A stretch of 32,000 nucleotides of DNA from Promethearchaeota archaeon (GTDB lineage Archaea; Asgardarchaeota; Lokiarchaeia; Sigyniarchaeales; SOKP01), in contig JAUWGH010000003.1 of the NCBI GenBank assembly GCA_030606485.1, positions 60,001-92,000 on the forward strand. The letters run 5' to 3'. Numbering within the stretch: the stretch's first letter is position 1; each line of letters begins with the position of its first letter. A program made the position numbers and the translations under genes. Positions 17,878 through 27,216 of this stretch are shown here, in pieces. The notes under the pieces are model-generated. The model saw nothing but the letters and a program-made list of their open reading frames with translations, was not told where the DNA came from and did no database searches.

Positions 17878-19188
17878 TTAAATTGTATTATCTTTATTCA
17901 ATCCTAATTCATCCTCCGCATACTTTTTTATTGCACTCCATTGGCTTTCACTTGTTCCATAATATTTAAAGAGAGCGATGCCTAAGCCAAAATCAAATCC
18001 TTTCATTTGTTTTAACATCTCTTCAGTATTACATTCTACGGAATTGGTGATTGACAATACAGGAGTATTACCGAATTCGTGAGCTCGCTTTTTCATATTT
18101 CTAATAAAATACCAATAGAAGAAATCACCTACTTTACCCCAAAACCATCCATCATCTCTAGTTCCCATTAAATAGGGGTATTCCATGGATGAGACAACAT
18201 CCAAAATCGTAGATATTTTCTGCCAATTTTGACCCAGTCTTTTCCTTGAAAATAACTTTTTTGGTCCAGGAAGACAAAACCATCCTGTGATACAATCTTG
18301 ATTAATGGATTTTATCGTATCTTGTAATTTCTGAGCATATTCTGCAATAGTATCGGCTTTAAAATCATACCATTCATTGCTATTAATTAATTTTGCTTTC
18401 TCTCCGTATTTATCATGAAATAATTTAACACAACGATCACAAGCACATAAATCAATAAATGCTCCATCATATCTGATATAATCTGCAAAAAAAGCTTTAA
18501 TATGATAATTCTTTACTATCTCTTTCGTTAGCTCTAAAAGATAATCAATATGCTCACTATTTGGACACATGAAACTAGTTAAGGGGATATAACCTTGACC
18601 CCGAGTGGCTCTAGAAGCACCAAGCTTTTCATCTATTTTATTTGTTAAGAATGGAATTTTTTTCTGATATTCTTCAAAGGAAATTCCTTCTGGTAAATCC
18701 ACTCTCAATTCACCTTCATTATGTGTTGATATTTCTCCTTTTTTATATTCTATCCCATGCTTTTTTCCACTTTTGCCGTGAACACTAACTCTTTCAGGAT
18801 GTAAATACCCTTGATAAGCATCATTCATTGATGTGAATGAAACCATTAATGCAATATTTCTATCCTTTCCAGCATCACAAAATTCTCCTAAAATGTCTCG
18901 ATCAGTAGGATTCCATCCAATATTTGTGTCCCAAGTACATGCACCATCAGTGTCTTTAATAACTAAACCAAAAACATTAATATGACACTCTTCTAATTTA
19001 TCCATTACCTCATTTACATTAAGACCATTTTGAGCAAATTTATAATCTAATTTTCTAAACCCTTTTGGACCTCTAACCGGCATCAGTCCCATAGCATAAA
19101 CTTTTTTTACTCCGAAATTTGTTTGTATATTTTCAATTTTCTTCAAATCCATTGAAAAATATTTTGACCAATCTACTGCTTTTATCAA
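17878..19188 (-). CDS. Glycoside-hydrolase-like TIM-barrel protein (GHL10/GHL6-like)
   Basis: Pattern FMCPNS...YLLEL.KEIVKNY...FFADYIRYD, a CACDRC metal motif, and DILGEFCDAGKDRNI. No signal peptide evident. Confidence 0.6.
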   Translation of the reverse strand: MIKAVDWSKYFSMDLKKIENIQTNFGVKKVYAMGLMPVRGPKGFRKLDYKFAQNGLNVNEVMDKLEECHINVFGLVIKDTDGACTWDTNIGWNPTDRDILGEFCDAGKDRNIALMVSFTSMNDAYQGYLHPERVSVHGKSGKKHGIEYKKGEISTHNEGELRVDLPEGISFEEYQKKIPFLTNKIDEKLGASRATRGQGYIPLTSFMCPNSEHIDYLLELTKEIVKNYHIKAFFADYIRYDGAFIDLCACDRCVKLFHDKYGEKAKLINSNEWYDFKADTIAEYAQKLQDTIKSINQDCITGWFCLPGPKKLFSRKRLGQNWQKISTILDVVSSMEYPYLMGTRDDGWFWGKVGDFFYWYFIRNMKKRAHEFGNTPVLSITNSVECNTEEMLKQMKGFDFGLGIALFKYYGTSESQWSAIKKYAEDELGLNKDNTI

Positions 19189-19356
19189 ATTAATTCCTAT
19201 TATTTCAAATTTTAAATATATTTATAATAGTTGATATTTAGAATTTTTTTTCAAACTAATTTTTTAATTAATTTACATTATCTTTTAAGATTCTTTGTAA
19301 TAAAATTTGGTTCTATTTCAAAACCTTTTATTTTTTATTGAGTGTAATTATTATTA

Positions 19357-20496
19357 ATGAACGCAAACAAGACTAGTAATAAAAGTACATTAAGTCAATA
19401 TTATGAAATTGATAATAGTATATATCAACGTTTTGATGCAAAAAATCATATGATCTATAGGCCTTTCTGGGACAAAACTTTACCAACTTACAGACAAATG
19501 TTTTTTACTAACATTGAAAAACACATTAAATCTAAGAAAGAAGGATATACACGCTTTGATTTCGCTTTTGTGAAAGCTGGATGGACAATCTATGTGAAAT
19601 TTCCATTTGCATTTGCATGGGAAGGAGAGAAAATTCATACAATAGATGAATATGGTACAAATTGGACAAAATCCAAATATATTATTGAAAATCCTAATGA
19701 ATTTACTCAAAAAATTAAAAAAGTTGCAAAGTTTTATGGAGCAACATTGGTAGGAATTACAGATATTGATGAAAAATGGATTTATAACACTGGTTTAAAA
19801 GCGAAAGCATTATCAAAAATCTTCTTGGAAAAAAACCGATTTAAATCTACTAAGAAAGATGATACTTTTTCTAAACAACCTATCTTCTTACCGAAAGGAA
19901 TTAATAAAGCTATTGTAATGGCAATAGAAATGAACTCAGATGGAATAGCAACTGCACCTGCACAACCATCCTCGGCATCAACTGCTATTGCGTATTCTAA
20001 AATGGCATTTTCAATAGCATGTGTTGGCGAATTTATTAGAAATCTTGGGTATAGGGCGATTCAATGTGGAAATGATACAGCTTTAAGTATTCCTCTAGCA
20101 ATCGATGCGGGTTTAGGCGCTTTAGGAAGATCAGGCTTACTAATCACTCCTGAATATGGTCCAAGGGTTAGAATTTGTAAAGTTTTTACAGATCTACCAT
20201 TAAAATCTGATAAACCTAACTCTAAATTTATTGAAATAGTGGATAAAACTTGTAGGGATTGTTATAAATGTGCTGATGCTTGTGAAAATGGTGCAATAAC
20301 TAAGGATAGAGAGCCGAGCTTTAAAGGAGAATCATCATCAAACAATCCAGGTATCAGGAAATATTACGTAAATGTCGAAAAATGTTTTGAATTTTGGGTA
20401 GAAAATAGCGGCGATTGCGGAAATTGCATCGCAGTATGCCCATTTTCTAAAATTAATAAATCTATAACACCTAGTGAATTTTGGAATAAAATATAA
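19357..20496 (+). CDS. rdhA: Reductive dehalogenase catalytic subunit (cobalamin + 2 Fe-S), without TAT signal
   Basis: IKKVAKFYGATLVGI, LGYRAI...ND.ALSIPLAIDAGLG.LGR.GLLITPEYGPRVRICKVFTDLPL..DKP, CxxCxxCxxxC and C...CGNCIAVCPF. Confidence 0.88.
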   Translation: MNANKTSNKSTLSQYYEIDNSIYQRFDAKNHMIYRPFWDKTLPTYRQMFFTNIEKHIKSKKEGYTRFDFAFVKAGWTIYVKFPFAFAWEGEKIHTIDEYGTNWTKSKYIIENPNEFTQKIKKVAKFYGATLVGITDIDEKWIYNTGLKAKALSKIFLEKNRFKSTKKDDTFSKQPIFLPKGINKAIVMAIEMNSDGIATAPAQPSSASTAIAYSKMAFSIACVGEFIRNLGYRAIQCGNDTALSIPLAIDAGLGALGRSGLLITPEYGPRVRICKVFTDLPLKSDKPNSKFIEIVDKTCRDCYKCADACENGAITKDREPSFKGESSSNNPGIRKYYVNVEKCFEFWVENSGDCGNCIAVCPFSKINKSITPSEFWNKI

Positions 20497-20663
20497 AAAT
20501 AAAAAGTAAAAAGATATTTAATTAATATTTGTTGAGAGAAAAATTATTAATGTGATTTACTTATATTGTTTTTTCTAAATACCAAAATATTGAATTTCTA
20601 AAAATCTATTATTAATAGCATTTTTAATTGCTAGATTTTTAAAAAGGGTTTGAGAGTAGGTTT

Positions 20664-21206
20664 ATGACGGAATATAAATATATTTTTAAGGTTGCAATTT
20701 TAGGAGATGCCTCAATTGGAAAAACTACTCTAACATATAGATTTATAACAGGAGATTTTTTACAAACCCTTAAAAGTTCAATTGGAACCACACTCTATTC
20801 CAAACTTGTAGAATGTAAAGGAGATTTAATAAAACTACAAATTTGGGATTTTGCTGGGGAAAAAAGATTTCGATTTTTATTACCAGGTTATATTGAAGGA
20901 GCTAATGGTGTTTTTTTAATGTATGATATTACAAGTTCAATTTCATTTTTACACCTTCAAGAATGGCTAGATGTTGTAAGACAGCAAGAGGGACATATTC
21001 CTATAATGTTAATTGGATCAAAGCTAGATTTAAAAAAATATAGAATTGTTAGCACAGAAGAAGGTCTAAAGGCTGCAAAGCAATTTGGTTTATTTTCATC
21101 TATTGAGTTAAGCTCTAAATCAGGTGAAAATGTTGAAATTGCAATAGAATTGATGACTAAAATTTTACTGGTAGATACAAACAAAAAAGAAATGATTCAC
21201 CTCTAA
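20664..21206 (+). CDS. Rab-like small GTPase
   Basis: YIFKVAILGDASIGKTT (G1), KSSIG (G2), IKLQIWDFAGE (G3), RF, MYDIT, LIGSKLD (G4), SSK (G5). No C-terminal Cys. Confidence 0.92.
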   Translation: MTEYKYIFKVAILGDASIGKTTLTYRFITGDFLQTLKSSIGTTLYSKLVECKGDLIKLQIWDFAGEKRFRFLLPGYIEGANGVFLMYDITSSISFLHLQEWLDVVRQQEGHIPIMLIGSKLDLKKYRIVSTEEGLKAAKQFGLFSSIELSSKSGENVEIAIELMTKILLVDTNKKEMIHL

Positions 21207-21534
21207 ATTTTTTATTTAAGAATTACACTCGTTTTAGTATTAAGTTTTCGAAAAATTAATATAACTAGTAGATAATCTAAATTGATATAATATAAGAAAT
21301 AAGGCAAAATAAGGATTGGAATCTAAAGTTAAGGCATAATATTAAAGAGCTATATATATTTTCGGAAGAGAGAATTAATATCCTAAGATTTTGGGATCCT
21401 AATGGAATTTTTTTTTACATAAAATTGGAATATAGTAGCAAATTGAAAGCTACTTTTTACAATATATTTAAATTTATAATTTTGGATTATATACACTATA
21501 ACAAAAATTTTTCTCGGGTTAATTTGAAATTCAA

Positions 21535-24500
21535 TTGGGAGATGGATGTCATATTCTAAAGAAAATTCTATTTAGTTCTCTAAAGAAAATTAGAGAAGAG
21601 TATAAATCTTTATTTAACTTTTCTTTAGATTTAATTTTTGTCCATGATTTGAAAGGGAACTTCCTAGACGCAAACGACATTGCATTAAAAACTCTCGGTT
21701 ATACAAAAGAAGAGATATTAAATTTATCTTTTAAAGATCTTATGAATAAAGATCAAGCACGAATGGCATTTGATATGATATATCAAGCTGTTGAAAAAGG
21801 AGAACAAACTAAGCTTTTTAAGTTTAAACTCAAAACAAAAGAGGGCAATTTTGTTTATTTAAAATCATCTGGAATTCCATTAAAAGAAAATGGAGAAGTT
21901 TATGCTGTTCTATGTATTGCAAAAGACATTACTGAACACAAGAAAGTGGAGCAAAGACTAAAAGAATCCGAAGACAAATATCAAATTATGTCGGAAAATG
22001 CAAACGATTTAATTTTTATATTAAATAATAAACTTAAATTCGAATATATCAATGAACCACCTCTTTTTAAAATATTAGGATATTCTATTAATGATATAAT
22101 GAATACAAATCTGTTAAAAGTCATACATCCAGATGATCTTGAAAGATTTTTAAGAGAATTCAATGAGAGCTTTGAAAAAATTGAAGGAACCGTAGAGGTA
22201 AGAGTTAAACATAAAGATGGACATTATATTTGGACAGAATCCGATGGAAATGTATTTACAGATAAAGATAGAGAACAAAAACTACTCGTAATTTTAAGAG
22301 ATATAACAAAAAGAAAAGAAGGAGAGAAAAAGTTAAGAGAATCAGAAGAAAAATATCGGTTAATATCAGAAAATGCAAATGATTTAATATCTATTCTTAA
22401 TAAGAACTTTAAATTAGAGTATCTCAATGAAAAATCCATTTTAAAGGCGTCAGGATTTACAAAGGAAGAATTAATTGGCAAATCTGTGTTGGATTTCATC
22501 CATCCTAACGATCTTAAACAATCCTTAAAAAAATTTAGAGAGGTCTTTAAAACAGGCGAGGGTGTAATAGACGTTAGAACTAGACGAAAGGATGGAACAT
22601 ATCGTTGGTTTGAAACTAGAGGAAGTACATTCATAGATAATAATGGTGAAGTGAAATATCTTCTAGTTTCAAGAGATATTACTGAAAGGAAAATAGTAGA
22701 GCAAAAATTAAAAAAATCTGAAGAAAAATATCGGTTGATTTCCGAAAATACATTTGATATTATTGCTATTCTTAATGATAAGTTTGAATTAGAATATATG
22801 AATAAACAACCAATTACGAGAAATGCGGGATATACAATTGGAGAGTTGATTAAAAAAAAAAAAGTATTAGATTTAATTCATCCTGATGATTTAGGGGAAT
22901 CATTAAAATTATTGAAAAAAGGAGAAGGTTTAGTAGAATATAGAACTTATCGAAAAGATGGAACGTACAGGTGGGTTGAAGGGAGATTAAACACCTTTTT
23001 AGATGCAAATGGGGAAAAGAAATATTTGATTATTTCGAGAGATATTAATGAAAAGAAAATAGCAAAACAAAAATTAAAAGAATCTGAAGAGAGTTTAACT
23101 AAATTAAATAAAGATTTAGAGAAAAGAATAGAAGAAAGGACTAAAAAATTAAAAGAATCCGAAGAAAAACATCGTCTTATTTCTGAAAACGCAAATGATT
23201 TAATCACTATTCTCAATCAAAAATTCGAACACGAATATATTAATGAGGAAACTTATTTGAAAATTTTAGGTTATTCTAACGATGATATGTTGGGAAAAAC
23301 CCGATTAGATTTAATACATCCAGATGATCTTAAACAAGGCATGAAAGCTTTAAGAAATGGCTTTAAGTATGGAGAAGGAATAGCAGAATTACGACTTAAA
23401 CATAAGGACGGGCACTATATATGGATTGAAACTAAAGGAAAAACTTTTATCGATTCTAACGGAGAAACTAAAGCATTAACAATTTCAAGAGATATTTCCG
23501 AGCGCAAGAAGGTGGAGAAAAAAATTGCTAATTTGGCAAAATTTCCTTCTGAAAACCCAAACCCTGTGTTAAGGGTAAGTAGAGAAGATGTACTTTATAT
23601 TAATAAAGCTGGACAAAATTTGTTTAAAATTATTGAGGGCAGTGAAATTCCGAAAATATTAAAGGATGATGTTGGTAAAGCATTTAGAAGTAATACAACT
23701 GGGGAATTAGAGGTAGAAATCAACAACCGAGTTTTCTCACTCGTTATTACACCTGTAAAAGAAGCAAATTATGCAAATGTTTACGGGAGGGACATTTCCG
23801 AGCGCAAGAAGGCAGAACAGAAATTAAAAGAATCTAAAGAAAAATATCGAAGTATTCTCGAAAATATAGAAGAAGGATATTTTGAACTTGATCTGAAGGG
23901 TAATTATACTTTTGTAAATGAATATCACAGTAATTTCTTTGGCGTTCCAAAAGATGAAATGATAGGAAAAAATTATGCAGATTTTGTAGATCAGAAATAT
24001 ATAAAAATGTTATTCAAGATCTTCAATCAAGTTTATAGAGAAGAAGTTCCTAGTGCAAGATTTGAGATTGAAGCTATTAGATATGACGGGGAGAAACGAA
24101 TCTATGAGGGTACTTGTAATTTAAAATTAGATTCTAATGGAAAAAAAATAGGTTTTTACAGTCTAACCCGTGATATCACAGAAAGAAAAGAGGCAGAAAA
24201 GTTAATAATAGAGGAGTTAAATAAACTCACAGAACTTGATCGAATGAGAAGAGAGTTTATATCTAGAGCATCACATGAGTTGAAGACTCCTTTAACTTCC
24301 ATTTATAGTACTACTCAACTCCTTTTAGAGTTATATAAAGACCAATTAGGAGAAAATGCCTTAGAGCTTGTTGAAATGATTGAGAAAGGAGGATATAGGT
24401 TGAAAGGATTGGTCGAAAAATTACTAGATTTTTCACGTATTGAATCAGGAAGATTCCAGTTAAATAAGAAAATGGAGAATGCTACTGAGATTATTAGAGA

Positions 24501-24933
24501 TTGTATAAGTAATATAGCTTATTTAGCAAATAAACGAAATATTATTTTGAATGTGGATCTTCCAGAAAGATTTAATATAGAATTAGATAGAGTCAGATTT
24601 GAACAAGTGGTTATAAATTTATTATCAAATGCTATTAAAAACACACCCCCTATTGGTGATATTAAGATTAATTTAAGCAAACAGAATGAATTTATGGTGC
24701 TATCTGTAAAAGATAGTGGGGTAGGTCTTACAAGAAGTGAAAAGAGAACGATTTTCAAAAAATTCGGAAAAATTGAAAGATATGGAAAGGGTTTAGATAT
24801 AATTTCTGAAGGATCCGGTCTCGGGCTTTTTATTTCGAAGGAAATAGTAGAGAATCATGGAGGTAAAATTTTTGTTGAGTCCAAAGGAAGAAATAAGGGT
24901 GCAAATTTTATTGTAAAATTACCTTTTAAATGA
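21535..24933 (+). CDS. Cytoplasmic multi-PAS (7 PAS/PAC units) sensor histidine kinase
   Basis: Repeated E.KY..I.EN..D / IHPDD / RDI.ERK units, H-box SHELKTPL, N-box NLLSNAIK, G1 DSGVG, G2 GSGLGLFIS. The TTG start is uncertain. Confidence 0.93.
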   Translation: MGDGCHILKKILFSSLKKIREEYKSLFNFSLDLIFVHDLKGNFLDANDIALKTLGYTKEEILNLSFKDLMNKDQARMAFDMIYQAVEKGEQTKLFKFKLKTKEGNFVYLKSSGIPLKENGEVYAVLCIAKDITEHKKVEQRLKESEDKYQIMSENANDLIFILNNKLKFEYINEPPLFKILGYSINDIMNTNLLKVIHPDDLERFLREFNESFEKIEGTVEVRVKHKDGHYIWTESDGNVFTDKDREQKLLVILRDITKRKEGEKKLRESEEKYRLISENANDLISILNKNFKLEYLNEKSILKASGFTKEELIGKSVLDFIHPNDLKQSLKKFREVFKTGEGVIDVRTRRKDGTYRWFETRGSTFIDNNGEVKYLLVSRDITERKIVEQKLKKSEEKYRLISENTFDIIAILNDKFELEYMNKQPITRNAGYTIGELIKKKKVLDLIHPDDLGESLKLLKKGEGLVEYRTYRKDGTYRWVEGRLNTFLDANGEKKYLIISRDINEKKIAKQKLKESEESLTKLNKDLEKRIEERTKKLKESEEKHRLISENANDLITILNQKFEHEYINEETYLKILGYSNDDMLGKTRLDLIHPDDLKQGMKALRNGFKYGEGIAELRLKHKDGHYIWIETKGKTFIDSNGETKALTISRDISERKKVEKKIANLAKFPSENPNPVLRVSREDVLYINKAGQNLFKIIEGSEIPKILKDDVGKAFRSNTTGELEVEINNRVFSLVITPVKEANYANVYGRDISERKKAEQKLKESKEKYRSILENIEEGYFELDLKGNYTFVNEYHSNFFGVPKDEMIGKNYADFVDQKYIKMLFKIFNQVYREEVPSARFEIEAIRYDGEKRIYEGTCNLKLDSNGKKIGFYSLTRDITERKEAEKLIIEELNKLTELDRMRREFISRASHELKTPLTSIYSTTQLLLELYKDQLGENALELVEMIEKGGYRLKGLVEKLLDFSRIESGRFQLNKKMENATEIIRDCISNIAYLANKRNIILNVDLPERFNIELDRVRFEQVVINLLSNAIKNTPPIGDIKINLSKQNEFMVLSVKDSGVGLTRSEKRTIFKKFGKIERYGKGLDIISEGSGLGLFISKEIVENHGGKIFVESKGRNKGANFIVKLPFK
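23494..23812 (+). repeat. Exact 19-nt direct repeat ATTTCCGAGCGCAAGAAGG, 300 nt apart, inside the kinase gene
   Basis: Copies at 23494-23512 and 23794-23812 flank the short sixth PAS unit. Confidence 0.9.
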
Positions 24934-25095
24934 AATAATATAAGGAATAAAGTGAATTATAAAGGTAAAAAACTAATGATTTAATTTGGTAAATTAGATA
25001 AAATCTAATTAAAAAGGTTTGATAAAAATATATAAACTAATAGAATTAAGTATATAACTATCTTTTAGTTTATCATTCCAATTTGATTATTTTAA

Positions 25096-26391
25096 GTGAA
25101 AAAGATGTCAAATAAAATAAAATCTGATTTTTCATTTTCAGAAATAGAAAATAAATTAAAATCTAAACCCTTATTCACGCTTATATTTGTCACAGTATTA
25201 ATGACTTTGTTTTTCATCCAAAGTTTAAAGGCTTATTTAACAGGATTATATATGGGCATGTATTATGCAGTATTTTCAGGGCAACCACAATATTATCCCA
25301 TCCTTCTTACTCTAATTTTTTTCTTTTTACCAGCCTTGACCAATACAATTGGTAAGAAGATTGAAAAAAGTCGTTTTATGATTTTTTCTATATATGTCAT
25401 TACTATCATTAGATTATTAATGGCATTTCATCTCCCATTTATATGGGAGGTTATCTGTTCGGGAGTAATAATCACATTTTACGGCTTTTTTATGAGCATA
25501 TTCCTTACGCTTTGGGTAGAGGAAGCTGATGATATTGAACTTAATCATAAAGTAATAATAATTACATTTTCTATTTTTTTTGCCTTTCTAATTGATTATT
25601 TAATTAGAACAATTGGTTTTTCCCAAGATATTTCACTATTACCACCGGGTTTAATCGCAGATTATTGGTTTATAACGCAATATATCTGGTTATTTATTCA
25701 AATTCCTTTAAGCTTTTTTTGTATCTATTTCACGAGATTGCATTTTCCAAGATTTTCCACAAAATCTAAAGAAGTTATAGAGAAAAAAGATAATTTCAGC
25801 ACTCTTTATTCCCTAATCTTTATAGGATTAGGAATGTTCTTATTTCTCTTAATTAATCTCTTCCTTTATCCCAACGCAATTGCCCAATATACTGCAACTA
25901 GTTATTCTTTTAACAATATTTTAAATATAGTTGCACTAATGATTGCGATTTGTATAATACTATTTGTAAACGTAGATTTAATTTCAAATATAAAAATAAT
26001 AGGTATTCTGAATGGTTTTATGATTTTGTCTCTGTGTCTATTCCTATTTCTTGGAAAAATTTTAACCTATATTGCAAGTATCCTCATTTCAATTTCTCTC
26101 GTAATCATGTATTTAAATTTCTATTTATTATTGTTCCGATTATTAAAAATAAATTTCAAATGGGAGAAATTAAAAACAATTTCTAATTCTATAACAATTG
26201 GACTCGCCTTTTTAGTTTTATTTATTTTATTGCATGCCTTTGCAGATGAATGGGCATATACATTTAAATTTTTAAAAGATCTAGGGCCATTCATATTACT
26301 GCTAGCAGGAATTATTTTTTCTATTTCAACTTGGTTTTCAATTATATTCAAAAAAAAAAGGAGGAGGGAATTAGATGAGGAAAAATTATAG
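25096..26391 (+). CDS. Polytopic membrane protein (~12 TM), resembling the membrane part of Cwh43/PGAP2IP
   Basis: About 12 hydrophobic segments. The penultimate segment VLFILLHAFADEWAYTFKF resembles, from memory, Cwh43 VLFVLAHVWVVAYAF and the human AW..AFKF. Overlaps the EEP gene by 17 nt. Confidence 0.6.
   Translation: MKKMSNKIKSDFSFSEIENKLKSKPLFTLIFVTVLMTLFFIQSLKAYLTGLYMGMYYAVFSGQPQYYPILLTLIFFFLPALTNTIGKKIEKSRFMIFSIYVITIIRLLMAFHLPFIWEVICSGVIITFYGFFMSIFLTLWVEEADDIELNHKVIIITFSIFFAFLIDYLIRTIGFSQDISLLPPGLIADYWFITQYIWLFIQIPLSFFCIYFTRLHFPRFSTKSKEVIEKKDNFSTLYSLIFIGLGMFLFLLINLFLYPNAIAQYTATSYSFNNILNIVALMIAICIILFVNVDLISNIKIIGILNGFMILSLCLFLFLGKILTYIASILISISLVIMYLNFYLLLFRLLKINFKWEKLKTISNSITIGLAFLVLFILLHAFADEWAYTFKFLKDLGPFILLLAGIIFSISTWFSIIFKKKRRRELDEEKL
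26360..26368 (+). promoter_or_regulatory. Shine-Dalgarno-like GGAGGAGGG for the EEP gene
   Basis: Ends 6 nt upstream of the ATG at 26375. Confidence 0.6.
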
Positions 26392-27202
26392 AATTATTCT
26401 TATATTTTTATTTTTCATTCCGCTGATATTTTCAATTATAATGTTTGGAGTTAGCGAAACACCTGTAGAAAGTTCAACAAAAAATGAATTTACGTTTATG
26501 ACATATAACATTCATTTTGGACAAGGTGGAGATAATTTACTAAATTTTGAACGGTTAGCGCAGAACATTTTAGTCGCAGAACCCGATATCATTGGACTTC
26601 AAGAAGTAGAAAATGGTAGAATGACAACTCAAGGGGTAGATATGGCATTTTGGTTAGCAAAAAGGTTAAATATGTATTATTATTATTATCCTGCAGAAAG
26701 TGAACATGCATGGGGTTGTGCACTCCTAAGTAAATATCCTATTACATTTAAAATTGGCGAACAGATACCAAGCATTTCTATGAGAAGGGTTTATATCCAT
26801 TGCGTCGTTAGAATAAATAGTTCACTCGAGTTAGATGTATTTGTAACACATCTTGGGATTAGAGGAGAGAATTTAACAAGACAAGTAAATTTTCTCGTCG
26901 AAAATATAGAGGAGGTTTTTACTTCTTCTACAAAACCTAAAATTTTAATGGGAGACTTTAATCTGCGTGAGAATTGGACTCATCCCGAAGAATCTACACT
27001 TTATCCGATTCATTCCTATTTTAACAATACCGCTGAAGCAGTTCCTATTGATCAACGAGCAAGAATTGATCATATTTACGCCTCGGGTTATCAAGAGGTT
27101 GTTGATTACTATATACTTAGCGATATGCTTCCTGAAGTTGATAATCCCGCTGAATTTGGTTCTGATCATTATCCTACCGTAGCAACTTTAACTTTTCCTT
27201 AA
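26375..27202 (+). CDS. Membrane-anchored endonuclease/exonuclease/phosphatase (EEP) family phosphohydrolase, Cwh43 C-terminal-domain-like
   Basis: N-terminal TM anchor. Complete EEP catalytic set: MTYNI, DIIGLQE, G.ALLSKYPI, THL, GDFN, IDHI, GSDHYP. Confidence 0.88.
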   Translation: MRKNYRIILIFLFFIPLIFSIIMFGVSETPVESSTKNEFTFMTYNIHFGQGGDNLLNFERLAQNILVAEPDIIGLQEVENGRMTTQGVDMAFWLAKRLNMYYYYYPAESEHAWGCALLSKYPITFKIGEQIPSISMRRVYIHCVVRINSSLELDVFVTHLGIRGENLTRQVNFLVENIEEVFTSSTKPKILMGDFNLRENWTHPEESTLYPIHSYFNNTAEAVPIDQRARIDHIYASGYQEVVDYYILSDMLPEVDNPAEFGSDHYPTVATLTFP

Positions 27203-27216
27203 AAAGGAATGAAAAT

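Noticed and set aside
21301-21454. Short repeats upstream of the kinase (AAGGCA.AAT twice; AGTAGC-N9-GCTACT)
   Set aside because: Too short to distinguish from chance without comparative data.
26350-26377. Possible frameshift in the A10 run that would fuse the 12-TM protein with the EEP gene into one Cwh43-like ORF
   Set aside because: An in-frame TAG (26372-26374) directly precedes the EEP ATG, and there is a good SD, so slippage in the A-run cannot give a fusion. The split looks genuine.
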